Below, piece after piece: positions 1-9,201 of a DNA stretch of 32,000 bases (position 1 is its first letter; every line of letters begins with the position of its first letter). The stretch is taken from assembly GCA_041494705.1 (NCBI GenBank), contig JBGQBI010000004.1, positions 90,001 through 122,000 on the forward strand. Direction: 5' to 3'. The notes under the pieces are model-generated. The model searched no databases, was not told the origin of the DNA, and saw only the letters and a program-made list of their open reading frames with translations. The position numbers and the translations under genes are program-made. The DNA comes from Candidatus Methanoperedens sp. GTDB taxonomy: Archaea > Halobacteriota > Methanosarcinia > Methanosarcinales > Methanoperedenaceae.

Positions 1-88
1 GTTGTTTCAATGCCCTGTCAAGGTTTGCAAGATAATCATTCAAAAAGTGATACCTCGCTTTATATGCCTGTCGTTTGATGATTCATAG

Positions 89-610
89 TTAAGTTGCAAT
101 TAATTCCTGGCCTTTTTCTACGACCAGACCGATGGGAGTTGGAAGCTTATATCCTGCCGAAACGAGTGATTTTTTTGCCTGTTTGAAACCTGCCGGGTTA
201 ATATACACCGTCATGAGTTTCTGGCCGGCCCTTACCCTGGCAGCCGTACCAACAGGTTTCCCGAATGCCAGGCGCATTCCCTGTGAAACACGGTCGGCGC
301 CTGCTCCTGTCGCCTGTTTGTTCTCCCTTAAGACTTCATGCGGGTGGACCCTGATTTTTAAATGATAATTGGGCTGCCCGAGAACCTCAAGTAAAATCCT
401 GTTCGCTGCGATACGGGCTGATTCGAGAGCGCTGTGCCGTATATTGCATGCTTCTTTTGCTACGAGGGACATATGCACCGGGAAATCATCTTTCAGGTTT
501 CCCATGTCATAAGTTACGATTTTGCTTCCCGGAACACCGCCCATGTATTCGCGTCTTGTAAATGAGCGCTGGGTGATTTTAGTGTACATTCTTCCTGGTT
601 TTCTTGCCAT
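89..610 (-). CDS. rpl10e: 50S ribosomal protein L10e (uL16 family)
   Basis: 173 aa ORF. The N-terminus [31 protein letters not shown] and the body ...[25 protein letters not shown]... are typical of archaeal L10e. A GGAGGA Shine-Dalgarno (plus-strand tcctcc, 619-624) lies 8 nt upstream of the ATG. Confidence 0.95.
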   Translation of the reverse strand: MARKPGRMYTKITQRSFTRREYMGGVPGSKIVTYDMGNLKDDFPVHMSLVAKEACNIRHSALESARIAANRILLEVLGQPNYHLKIRVHPHEVLRENKQATGAGADRVSQGMRLAFGKPVGTAARVRAGQKLMTVYINPAGFKQAKKSLVSAGYKLPTPIGLVVEKGQELIAT

Positions 611-805
611 TTGAGTAATCCTCCGATAATTGGGATGTGCGTATTAAAAACATATCACACGATTTGGTTTCCAGATGACTTTGAGGTTTATAAGCTTTAT
701 TGAAATGGCCACCTGTCAAAAATTCCGGCGAAACATTTTCAGGATACTACAGGCTGCAAGCCTTATAACAATTCTTTTATAGATTGCAGGATATCAAAGA
801 AGCCG
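611..805. promoter_or_regulatory. Divergent intergenic promoter region for rpl10e (-) and gatE (+)
   Basis: 195 bp non-coding spacer between divergent starts. A TATA-like TTTTATA at 775-781 is centred about 28 nt upstream of the gatE ATG (806), with no SD in between, which suggests a leaderless or near-leaderless gatE mRNA. On the minus strand there is a CTTATAAA-like box around 688-695 and the SD at 619-624 for rpl10e. Motif-level reading only. Confidence 0.4.
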
Positions 806-2689
806 ATGAGTCACGACTACAGGGCGCTCGGATTAAAAGCCGGACTTGAAATCCACCAGCAGCTTGACACAAAAGAAAAACTCTTCTGCGGCTGTCCCAC
901 CCTTCTTCGTGATACCAAAGAATCCAATTTTGAATTCATGAGATACCTGCGCCCCACACAGAGCGAGATGGGAGTGGTTGATAAAGCTGCGCTTGAGGAA
1001 ATAAAACTCATAAAAAGATTCATCTATAAGGCTTATGATACGACCTGCCTGGTCGAAAATGATGAAGAGCCGCCGCGTGAATTGAACCAGGAAGCAGTGG
1101 AGCTTGCTCTCATGATTGCACGCATGCTGAACATGAATATCGTTGACGAGCTATATACCATGCGAAAAATAGTGATTGACGGCTCGAATACATCAGGTTT
1201 CCAGAGGACAGGGCTTGTTGCTACTGGCGGTTACCTTGATTCAAAAACGGGTCGCGTGGGAGTGGATGTGCTTTGCCTTGAGGAAGAAGCCGCGCAGAAA
1301 GTGGAAGATAAAGGCGATTCGGTGATTTATTCTCTTGACAGGCTAGGTATTCCGCTTGTTGAGATTGGGACAGCGCCCGATATCGTATCGCCTGCGCATG
1401 CACGAGAAGTCGCCGAGCAGATTGGTATGATACTGCGCTCAACCGGCAGGGTAAAGCGCGGACTTGGCACTATCAGGCAGGATGTCAACGTTTCAATTGC
1501 AGAAGGGGCAAGAGTCGAGATAAAAGGAGTGCAGGAACTGTCCCTGATAGAAACCATTGTGGAGCAGGAAGTAGCAAGACAGGAAGCTTTGATAGGAATC
1601 AAAAAGCAACTTAATAAATTAAATGCATCTGTTTCTGATAGAATCGTGGATGTAACATCTGTTTTTGCAAATACCACCTCCAAAGTAATTTTAAAGGCAT
1701 TAAATACAGGGGTTGTTTATGCTGTGAACCTGCCCGGATTCGCGGGCTTTGCGGGAAAAGAGCTCCAGCCCGGGAGGCGCCTGGGGACTGAATTTTCCGA
1801 CCGCGCTAAGAAATCAGGTGTTGGAGGCATATTCCATACAGACGAACTGCCGAATTATGGCATCACACAGGACGAGATCGATGCGCTCCGGAAAGCAGTG
1901 GGCGCACAGGATAAGGACTGTGTGGTCATGGTTGCAGATACAAAAGAAAAGGCAAAAGGAGCGCTTGAAGCGGTGATTATCAGGGCAAAAGAGGCGCTCA
2001 GGATAGTGCCGGAGGAAACAAGACGGGCGCTCCCTGACGGGAATTCGGCTTACATGAGACCACTCCCGGGTGCGGCGCGTATGTACCCTGAGACCGATGT
2101 TCCGCCTGTGGCGATAACCGAGGAAAGAATCAACAATATCAAATTGCCTGAACTTATCGGCGAACGCAAGGAGAGGTATATGCAGCAATTTACCCTAAAC
2201 GAAGAGCTTGCAAACCAGATTGCAAAATCAGGAAACTTTGTGCTTTTTGATAGGATTATGCGGCAAATACCACAAGCCAATGCAACTATAGTCGTGCGAA
2301 CCCTTGAAACCGTTTTAAATGAACTTGAAAAAGAAGGTATATTGGTAAATAAAATTACTGAAGAACATCTGATGCAGTTTTTCAAACTCCAGTCCGAAGG
2401 AAAGATACCAAATGAAGCTATTGGCAATGTACTGAAAACGATTGCCAGCAAAACTGAATTAACAGTTGATAATGCGGTTCAATCTCTTGGTATAGGCGGC
2501 GTGGGCGCGGGTGAACTGGAGATTGCTATAGATAAGCTGATCGACTCCAAAATGGATTTTATCAAAGAAAAAGAATTGAATTCTGTGGGTCCGTTGATGG
2601 GAATTGTAATGAAAGATTTCAGGGGCAAGGTCAGCGGCGAAGAAGTGAGCAGGATACTGAAAGAAAAAATATCAAAGAAAATAGGATAA
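806..2689 (+). CDS. gatE: Glutamyl-tRNA(Gln) amidotransferase subunit E (archaeal GatDE system)
   Basis: 627 aa. The N-terminus ...GLKAGLEIHQQLDTKEKLFCGCPT..., the motifs ...DRLGIPLVEIGTAPDI... and ...RQDVNVSI..GARVEIKGVQ..., and a C-terminal YqeY-like tail match GatE in both length and architecture. Confidence 0.95.
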   Translation: MSHDYRALGLKAGLEIHQQLDTKEKLFCGCPTLLRDTKESNFEFMRYLRPTQSEMGVVDKAALEEIKLIKRFIYKAYDTTCLVENDEEPPRELNQEAVELALMIARMLNMNIVDELYTMRKIVIDGSNTSGFQRTGLVATGGYLDSKTGRVGVDVLCLEEEAAQKVEDKGDSVIYSLDRLGIPLVEIGTAPDIVSPAHAREVAEQIGMILRSTGRVKRGLGTIRQDVNVSIAEGARVEIKGVQELSLIETIVEQEVARQEALIGIKKQLNKLNASVSDRIVDVTSVFANTTSKVILKALNTGVVYAVNLPGFAGFAGKELQPGRRLGTEFSDRAKKSGVGGIFHTDELPNYGITQDEIDALRKAVGAQDKDCVVMVADTKEKAKGALEAVIIRAKEALRIVPEETRRALPDGNSAYMRPLPGAARMYPETDVPPVAITEERINNIKLPELIGERKERYMQQFTLNEELANQIAKSGNFVLFDRIMRQIPQANATIVVRTLETVLNELEKEGILVNKITEEHLMQFFKLQSEGKIPNEAIGNVLKTIASKTELTVDNAVQSLGIGGVGAGELEIAIDKLIDSKMDFIKEKELNSVGPLMGIVMKDFRGKVSGEEVSRILKEKISKKIG

Positions 2690-2734
2690 TCAAAGAATTT
2701 GCTGTTTTTCCAATTTCTTTAAAAAAAGTTTAAA
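2690..2734. terminator. Bidirectional oligo-T terminator region between convergent gatE and aglB
   Basis: 45 bp AT-rich gap. A T5 run at 2705-2709 follows the gatE stop on the plus strand. An A7 run at 2721-2727 (T7 on the minus strand) lies 7 nt downstream of the aglB stop. Archaeal terminators are typically oligo-T tracts. Not experimentally supported. Confidence 0.35.
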
Positions 2735-5293
2735 TTAAACAAGATCGAGGGTTAAGGCATTGCCATCAAGAACATCTTTTTCCTTTACATCGATTTGCTT
2801 TGAAACATTGCCCACAGTCAGAGTATAAGGACCTGTTGGTTTTGTATCGAACTGCGTCTCTCCGGGGATTTGGCCGAGCGTCGAATATGGAACCGTAAAG
2901 GCATAGGTTCCGTTCGAGGAGGTTGTCTGCGAATATGATACGGTTCTTCCGATATTTGTTTTGATGGTATTTGTCAGCGTGATTGTGGTATTTTGCGGTG
3001 AATGCCCTGTGATTTTTGCGCCTTTTACATATTCGAAAACCTTAACAAGCCCTGAATTCTCTACTGGAATATGCCCTCCGTATAATGTATTATAAATATA
3101 TTTGAACTGCTGTTCCATATATCCTCCTTCTGTGTTTGGATTTGGAGGAGACTCGTGCACCAGTCTATAGTACTTTAAATTATTACCGTCAAAAATATGG
3201 AGCTTTGCCTCCATATTATCGTAATACTTCGAGGAAGGTACAACCTGAGGTCCCTGGCTCGTCTGGATCTGCACGCGATATCCATAGTCTTCATTCCAGG
3301 TTCCAAATACATCCATTATGCCATATGCCATGTAACCATCGCTCACAATATAGCGTGCTCCTGGTTTCCCGTTGACTCCTAAGGCATTAAGTACCCCATT
3401 CGCTTCGTCCTCGCTTTTGGCAGTTAAAAATGAAGATGCACCGGGTGCATGCTGGCTACCGCCACCGATGCCGCCCTGGAACGGATTTGCATTAGGTATC
3501 CTGTGCGCCCAGTATGTGATTGTGTGACCGTAGTCCCACCAACTCATTACGCCGTATGCAGTTTCAGGATATGGGTAGGTGCCGTTGGGTTTTTTGTAAA
3601 TAGCGTAATAGTCTAACCCAGGGTCAGGCGTGTTATAGCGCATCCAACTAAGAGTTTCAAACCACTCGTTGTATCCCCCGCCTGAGGGCTCACTTCCCCC
3701 TAACCATTGTGCTGATAGCGTTGTCGTTTTATAAGGAGAAGCATCAGGTGGCAGAAATAGAGTCACTGCTATCACAAGAATTAAAGAAAGAACATGCTGA
3801 ATCCTTGTTTTTTTCACACATTCAATAATATCAAACGAGTCAAATTTCTTCCAGTCACCAAAATCCAGAATTTTGGAACCTAAGAAGCCTATTAGTATCG
3901 CAACATTTACTGCATAGTAATATGCAAATCGGTTCTGGGCGAGCGTTATGGCAAGAACAAAAACGCTCCAGACAACTATTAATGTGTATTCGGCGTTCGA
4001 TTTCCTGATTATATAATAACAGAGAGCAAGAATTGCAATGTAAGCAAGATAATAATTATATCCGAAATTTCCCATTATCATCTCAGGAGTGATCGGCGTA
4101 GCTTCTGATATTGTCAGGTTCCCGCCTGTATTTCCGTTGAATATATAACCCAAAGCGCCTATTGTAGCGTCATAAAGGTCTGGTATTAATATTTTTATAG
4201 CTATCAGCCCAATCAATATAGAGCCGAATATAAACAATAAATAATGCAATCCACGGTATTCCCGTTTATTCATTTCCCTGGAAACAAGACTTAGAAATGC
4301 AAAAATCAGCGCTGCCCCACCTGTTACTGTCAGATGCAAAAGAGAATAATGCCCGGAATCAAATCCATTACTTAGCTCAACATACGGTATTACCATTATC
4401 ATCGCCACTACATAGGCTATTATACCCACAATGCCCAGATATTCCGTAGATTTACCTCTAAAATGATCTATAACATACTGGATAACAACAAAAATGGCAA
4501 AAACAACAGCAAAGAAAACGCCATCAGTCCAATTAAGAAGATATGCTCCGAAGGAGATACCTGCAAAAAGAGAATATATTAAAGGGGTTTTTAATGCCGC
4601 CCAATCCTTATTCAGCCAGTGGTCAAAAGTAATGTTTTCCGCTTTTTTAATGGCTATAACGAAAAACATCATCGTTAGGGTTAACCAGAAAACCTCAGCT
4701 ACGTGGTTATCCGTGAATCCAAGCACTGACCTTGAAAGCCACTGGCCAGGCAATATTGCTATTAAGAAAGCTCCAAGCAGTCCTGATTTCTCATCCAGCA
4801 ATTCTTTGCCTATAAAGTAAACAGGGAATACTACCAGAGCCCCCAGAACTGCAGGATAGAAGGCACCCACTGCATCAATAGTGGACTGAGTCGGCATACC
4901 ACCATTAGTAATTAAGCCTGCAATCAGGGCAAAAAAGGCATTTATCTGGTCAAATAAAGGACCCCAATGCAAATAATATCCATATGGATAATTAGTGAAC
5001 GCATCATAGAAAATACGGTGAGGAAAAAAGTGAATGGTGTTTTCCACGAGCCTCATATGGAAGACAGAGTCGTCTGCTGCAAAAGCTACAAAATTATCAC
5101 GGAATACATTTTTGATGGGGATTATCCCCCTGATATAGAATGAAAGCAGGAATATTGCAAAGAGTATAATATACGAAAGAGATTTTACTGTGAAAAACCT
5201 GTCAGTTTTACTCAGTTTTGTCTCTTCTTTCCTTTTCTCAGGTTTTTCCTTATACTTTTTATTCGCCTTTACTTTTGCCAAAGTACACCTCAT
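2735..5293 (-). CDS. aglB: Archaeal oligosaccharyltransferase AglB (STT3/PglB family)
   Basis: 852 aa. The N-terminal half is polytopic membrane. The first-loop acidic motif is ...AADDSVFHMRLVEN..., the second is ...GFTDNHVAEVFW..., and the diagnostic WWDYG motif is present (...YGVMSWWDYGHTITYW...). The C-terminal portion is soluble and beta-rich. An alternative TTG start at codon 5, preceded by GGTG, is possible. Confidence 0.93.
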   Translation of the reverse strand: MRCTLAKVKANKKYKEKPEKRKEETKLSKTDRFFTVKSLSYIILFAIFLLSFYIRGIIPIKNVFRDNFVAFAADDSVFHMRLVENTIHFFPHRIFYDAFTNYPYGYYLHWGPLFDQINAFFALIAGLITNGGMPTQSTIDAVGAFYPAVLGALVVFPVYFIGKELLDEKSGLLGAFLIAILPGQWLSRSVLGFTDNHVAEVFWLTLTMMFFVIAIKKAENITFDHWLNKDWAALKTPLIYSLFAGISFGAYLLNWTDGVFFAVVFAIFVVIQYVIDHFRGKSTEYLGIVGIIAYVVAMIMVIPYVELSNGFDSGHYSLLHLTVTGGAALIFAFLSLVSREMNKREYRGLHYLLFIFGSILIGLIAIKILIPDLYDATIGALGYIFNGNTGGNLTISEATPITPEMIMGNFGYNYYLAYIAILALCYYIIRKSNAEYTLIVVWSVFVLAITLAQNRFAYYYAVNVAILIGFLGSKILDFGDWKKFDSFDIIECVKKTRIQHVLSLILVIAVTLFLPPDASPYKTTTLSAQWLGGSEPSGGGYNEWFETLSWMRYNTPDPGLDYYAIYKKPNGTYPYPETAYGVMSWWDYGHTITYWAHRIPNANPFQGGIGGGSQHAPGASSFLTAKSEDEANGVLNALGVNGKPGARYIVSDGYMAYGIMDVFGTWNEDYGYRVQIQTSQGPQVVPSSKYYDNMEAKLHIFDGNNLKYYRLVHESPPNPNTEGGYMEQQFKYIYNTLYGGHIPVENSGLVKVFEYVKGAKITGHSPQNTTITLTNTIKTNIGRTVSYSQTTSSNGTYAFTVPYSTLGQIPGETQFDTKPTGPYTLTVGNVSKQIDVKEKDVLDGNALTLDLV

Positions 5294-5433
5294 TAACTCG
5301 GTTATAAGTGGGACTCGCAGCTAATAAAGATTATGGAAACGAATGTATAGGTTATTCAGTATAACTTATGACGCTCGCAAAAAACCAAAAGATAACCTTT
5401 TAAAACAAATAAAGCCTACAAGTGAATATTTAA
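5294..5433. promoter_or_regulatory. Divergent promoter region for aglB (-) and the GT2-GT4 operon (+)
   Basis: 140 bp AT-rich spacer. TTTTAAAA at 5398-5405 lies about 30 nt upstream of the GT2 ATG (5434). TATA-like TTTATTA and CTTATAA elements on the minus strand lie upstream of the aglB ATG. Motif-level only. Confidence 0.35.
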
Positions 5434-6576
5434 ATGAACCTCATAATACCAATAACACTATTCATTTTAATAGCGATACCTTATTCCATCTACATCGGAT
5501 TGATTCTTAAATACGGTAATAATGGATTTCCTGTTAAAAAATCTGGAAATAAGCCGACAATTTCAATGATTATCCCGACCTATAATGAAGAACTACTCAT
5601 AGGGAAAAAGCTTGATAATATCTTCAAACTGGATTATCCCCAGGGACTTATCGAGGTTGTAATAATTGATTCTTCAACCGATAGGACACCGGAAATAATA
5701 AAGGAATATCAAAAAAGATACAATTGCATAAATTTAATAACAGAAAAAAGGCAGGGCCTTGCAACCGCCCTGAACACAGCTTATGCAGCAGCTCGTAATG
5801 AAATTGTTATCAAAACAGACTGCGACAGCATGCTGGAAAAAGATGTGTTACAGAAAGTTGCGTCTGATTTTTCAGACCCGCAAATCGGCGGTGTAACCGG
5901 TAAACAGGTAGTGATTAATGAATCTAAAGTTGAGGTAGGTTACAGATCGCTGCAATCAAAAGTACAGATTGCGGAATCATGGATTGATTCAACCATAATC
6001 TTTCATGGGCCGTTCTCAGCATACAGAAAAGGCCTGGTTAAAACCATCGACCCCGATTCAGTGGCAGATGACAGCGAACTGGCAATAAAGGTTCGAAAGC
6101 AGGGATATAGGACAATCATCGACCCCGATATTATATTTTATGAAGCGAGCCAGAGTGCTTTTTTTAAACGAAGAATGCAGAAAGACAGGCGCGGGCGGGG
6201 GCTTATCAGGCTTTTGCTGCGTCATAAAGATGTGCTGTTTAATCCGGAATACGGAAATTACGGGAAGCTCGTGTTTCCGATGAACTACTTTATGATGATA
6301 CTTTCGCCGTATCTGATATTATTATTGTTTTTACTCTGTTTCATTATTTTATACCAATATAGTCTGATGGTTGCGGCGTCTGCCTTTATCTTACTGTTTA
6401 TTTTCATCTATCTGGGCCAGGCAAATAAGCTTTACATTTTTGAACCTGTCTACTCCTTCCTTGACACACAGATCTCTTTGCTTGTAGGTGGAATGAGCCT
6501 GATTTTCGGTAAAGAATCGGGAGGCACCTGGGAGGTTGACCAGGAACTCAGGGGTGCTTACCTGAAACATGAGTAA
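5434..6576 (+). CDS. Membrane-anchored family 2 glycosyltransferase (COG1215-like; candidate dolichyl-phosphate-sugar synthase or synthase-type GT)
   Basis: 380 aa. It has an N-terminal TM helix, a GT-A core (...ISMIIPTYNEE...), a DxD-like KTDCDS, then ...ADDSELA... and ...QKDRRGRG... in the position of the QxxRW region, followed by 3-4 C-terminal TM helices. Confidence 0.85.
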   Translation: MNLIIPITLFILIAIPYSIYIGLILKYGNNGFPVKKSGNKPTISMIIPTYNEELLIGKKLDNIFKLDYPQGLIEVVIIDSSTDRTPEIIKEYQKRYNCINLITEKRQGLATALNTAYAAARNEIVIKTDCDSMLEKDVLQKVASDFSDPQIGGVTGKQVVINESKVEVGYRSLQSKVQIAESWIDSTIIFHGPFSAYRKGLVKTIDPDSVADDSELAIKVRKQGYRTIIDPDIIFYEASQSAFFKRRMQKDRRGRGLIRLLLRHKDVLFNPEYGNYGKLVFPMNYFMMILSPYLILLLFLLCFIILYQYSLMVAASAFILLFIFIYLGQANKLYIFEPVYSFLDTQISLLVGGMSLIFGKESGGTWEVDQELRGAYLKHE

Positions 6577-7612
6577 GATCGCAATGGTATGCCACAGGTA
6601 TTATCCTGATATCGGTGGAGTGGAGACACATGTGCAGCAAATAAGCGAACGGTTAACGAAGCGCGGTTTTGATGTTGAAGTGATATGCACTGACCCAACC
6701 GGGAAATATCCGCAACAAGAATTTTATAATGGGGTTAAAATAACCCGCTTTAGATCACTTGCCCCGAAAAATGCCTATTTCTTTGCGCCGCAAGTATATT
6801 TTTATTTAAAAGACCGTGATTTTGACATAGTGCATGCACACAATTACCACGCATTCCCTGCTCTTTTTGCATCCATCGCAGCAAAGAGAAGATTCGTTTT
6901 CACGCCACATTATCACGGCGGAAGCCACTCTATACTGAGAAACCTGCTTCACAAACCTTATCAGTGGATTGGCAGCTTCATTTTTAAAAAAGCGGAGAAG
7001 GTGGTATGTGTATCAAAATATGAGATGAAGCTTATCGAAAATGATTTCCAGGTTCCACGATCAAAGCTTGTCCATATCCCCAATGGATTAAACCTGGAAG
7101 AGTTTAAAGCTATAAAAGAACTGGAAAAAGAATCAAAAATTGTTCTATATGCAGGCCGGTTGGAATCCTACAAGGGGATACGGTATCTAATAGAAGCGCT
7201 GCCCCTGCTCGATGGCTACAGACTCAAGGTAATCGGAAAAGGAAGCTATGATAAGAAACTGCATGAATTAGCCCAAAAGCTGAATGTAAGCGACAGGATT
7301 GACTGGTTAAAAGATATTGAAAGGGAAGAGTTACTATCCCACTTTAAATCCGCCGATGTTTTTGTTAACCTCTCTACATTCGAGGCATACGGCATTACAG
7401 TGGCTGAGGCTCTAGCATGCGGTACTCCATGCATAGTGGCAACGGGAGGAGCGCTGGAAGAATTCGTTGGCGATGGATGCGTGGGTTTGAGTTATCCGAT
7501 AGATATAAACGCACTTGCTCACACTATTGAGAGCAGAAAAAGAATCGTTCCAAGGAAAATGCCGGACTGGGATGATATTACATCCGAATTGATCCGATTA
7601 TACTCAAGATGA
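6569..7612 (+). CDS. Family 4 (GT-B) glycosyltransferase
   Basis: 347 aa. The N-terminus is ...CHRYYPDIGGVETHV... and the C-terminal donor-binding signature is ...STFEAYGITVAEALACGTPCIV.... Its start overlaps the upstream GT2 stop by 8 nt (ATGAGTAA), indicating an operon. Confidence 0.85.
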   Translation: MSKIAMVCHRYYPDIGGVETHVQQISERLTKRGFDVEVICTDPTGKYPQQEFYNGVKITRFRSLAPKNAYFFAPQVYFYLKDRDFDIVHAHNYHAFPALFASIAAKRRFVFTPHYHGGSHSILRNLLHKPYQWIGSFIFKKAEKVVCVSKYEMKLIENDFQVPRSKLVHIPNGLNLEEFKAIKELEKESKIVLYAGRLESYKGIRYLIEALPLLDGYRLKVIGKGSYDKKLHELAQKLNVSDRIDWLKDIEREELLSHFKSADVFVNLSTFEAYGITVAEALACGTPCIVATGGALEEFVGDGCVGLSYPIDINALAHTIESRKRIVPRKMPDWDDITSELIRLYSR

Positions 7613-7621
7613 ATTTACTCT

Positions 7622-9124
7622 TCAACACGTACCGCGGAAGAGTATTTTTGCGTTTTTCAATATCGACAGGGGTTCTTTTTTCAGCCTTAAGAAAGTTTCT
7701 GAAGCTAACAGGGAAGAAGGATTATGTATTACCAGTTCCAATGCCGCAAGCAGCATCGCATTTTTCCTCCAGGCTAAAAGTTTTTCGGGGTCATAATCTT
7801 CTGTACGCAGTAGCGGTTTCTGCATAGCCATCAGATAATCAACAGGCTCGGGCTCTTCTTTTATTAAATATCCTTTTGCTCTGGCATCCCTGTACATCTC
7901 GGTTCCAATCAGAGGGACGGCAATATTAAAATATGGTCTCACCCCTTTTCGGGCAAGTTTCCTGGAAAAATTTATGGTTTTTGTTACAGTTTTTTCTGTT
8001 TCTCCAGGAATTCCTAATATAAAGAAGGCACTTAGATCAATTCTTTTATCTCTTATCATTTTTACAGCATCTTCTAATTTTCTAAGGTCCATGTTTTTTC
8101 TGATAGTATTATATAGGAAATCCTGGTCACCGGATTCTACTGCTATGGTTAGACCCGAACATCCGGATTTTTTCATCGAATCGACAAGGTTCTCGGTAAG
8201 TCGGTCTGCTCTGATTCCGTTGGGTGTTTCCCATGTAATATCAATGCCTCTGTCTATTATTCCATTGAATATTGCTTCGGCTCTTGCAGGGTCAAATGTA
8301 AGATTATCATCTTCAAAGAAAATGTGTTTAACACCATACTTTTTAACAAGGTATTCAAGTTCATTAAGAACGTTGTCAGGCGACCTTGAGCGCCACTTCC
8401 TTCCTGATACCAGATTAACTGAACAAAAGTTACACATGAAAGGGCATCCCCTGCTGGTTATTACGGACATCCATTTTTTACTGGTCACTGACCTTGGAGA
8501 CATACCCGCCTTTCCACTATTGAAATACTCATCCATAGGAAGGAGATCATATGCCGGCAGGGGCAATGAATCCAGATCCATAATTGGTGGCCGCTGTCCT
8601 GTGAAAGCTATCTTATCTTCAACCCGGTAATGGATTCCTTTTACACCCGCAATATCGATGCGACCTTCAAAGCAGCGCATCAGGTCAAGCATCGTATATT
8701 CTCCTTCTCCCTGAGCTACGAAATCTATGTTCAAATCCCTTAAAACCATGCCAGGCGCAGCAGAGGTATGAGCGCCTCCTGCTATCACAGGCATATCAGG
8801 CAATTCATTTTTAACCGCGCTTGCCACTTCATGGAGATTGTTTGATTGGGAGGTGAACATGCAAGAAATACCCACGGCATCTGGTGAAAAGCCTGATACG
8901 ATAGCAGTGATCTGCTGAAGCGGCAGACCAACCCTGATGATGCCATTCTCCCCTAAATGCCTGACACGCCAGCCCTCTGCTAAAGCGTCAATAATTTTTA
9001 CCTCAATCCCATGCATTTGCAGATATGAAGCAATATACGCCAGTCCCAGAGGAAAGGGAACGCGAATACTATCTTCATAACCTTTTACTGTAGTCCACGG
9101 GGGATTGATAAGGCAAAGCTTCAT
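7622..9124 (-). CDS. B12-binding-domain radical SAM protein (class B-like), paralog 1
   Basis: The ORF track gives 7622-9145 with a TTG start. I prefer the internal ATG at 9124 (MKLCLINPP...), which is preceded by GAAGGA and aligns with the N-termini of the other three paralogs. The N-terminal Rossmann-like B12-binding pattern is ...PLGLAYIASYL..VKIIDA..PDAVGIS..PVIAGGAHTS..DFVAQGEGEYT.... The radical SAM cluster motif is SRGCPFMCNFCS (CxxxCxxC). There is no extra Cys-rich SPASM region. Confidence 0.9.
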   Translation of the reverse strand: MKLCLINPPWTTVKGYEDSIRVPFPLGLAYIASYLQMHGIEVKIIDALAEGWRVRHLGENGIIRVGLPLQQITAIVSGFSPDAVGISCMFTSQSNNLHEVASAVKNELPDMPVIAGGAHTSAAPGMVLRDLNIDFVAQGEGEYTMLDLMRCFEGRIDIAGVKGIHYRVEDKIAFTGQRPPIMDLDSLPLPAYDLLPMDEYFNSGKAGMSPRSVTSKKWMSVITSRGCPFMCNFCSVNLVSGRKWRSRSPDNVLNELEYLVKKYGVKHIFFEDDNLTFDPARAEAIFNGIIDRGIDITWETPNGIRADRLTENLVDSMKKSGCSGLTIAVESGDQDFLYNTIRKNMDLRKLEDAVKMIRDKRIDLSAFFILGIPGETEKTVTKTINFSRKLARKGVRPYFNIAVPLIGTEMYRDARAKGYLIKEEPEPVDYLMAMQKPLLRTEDYDPEKLLAWRKNAMLLAALELVIHNPSSLLASETFLRLKKEPLSILKNAKILFRGTC

Positions 9125-9201
9125 TTTTCCTTCTTTGATTCTCAAAGATATTAGGTCTTTCCTAAGTAAAGCATAAGTAATACTAAATCAAAAGAGCATC
9201 G
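9125..9201. promoter_or_regulatory. Short divergent promoter spacer between radical SAM paralog 1 (-) and the GT-C gene (+)
   Basis: 77 bp AT-rich spacer (…aagtaaagcataagtaatactaaatc…) between divergent start codons. The promoter assignment rests on position and AT-richness only. Confidence 0.3.

Noticed and set aside
1-88. Possible 3' end of a plus-strand gene (frame 1 reads ...VVSMPCQGLQDNHSKSDTSLYMPVV, stop at 76-78) converging on rpl10e.
   Set aside because: Only 25 codons are visible and no recognisable motif is present. It cannot be distinguished from non-coding sequence.
7974-8630. 218-aa plus-strand ORF, along with similar long antisense ORFs at 14845-15351, 27363-27845, 2050-2451, 1327-1683, 132-365 and 24777-25028.
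   Set aside because: Each lies entirely antisense to a gene with strong family signatures. Their translations are low-complexity (Ser/Leu/Phe/Ile-rich) with no recognisable motifs and no start-site signals. They are shadow ORFs typical of the opposite strand of real genes.
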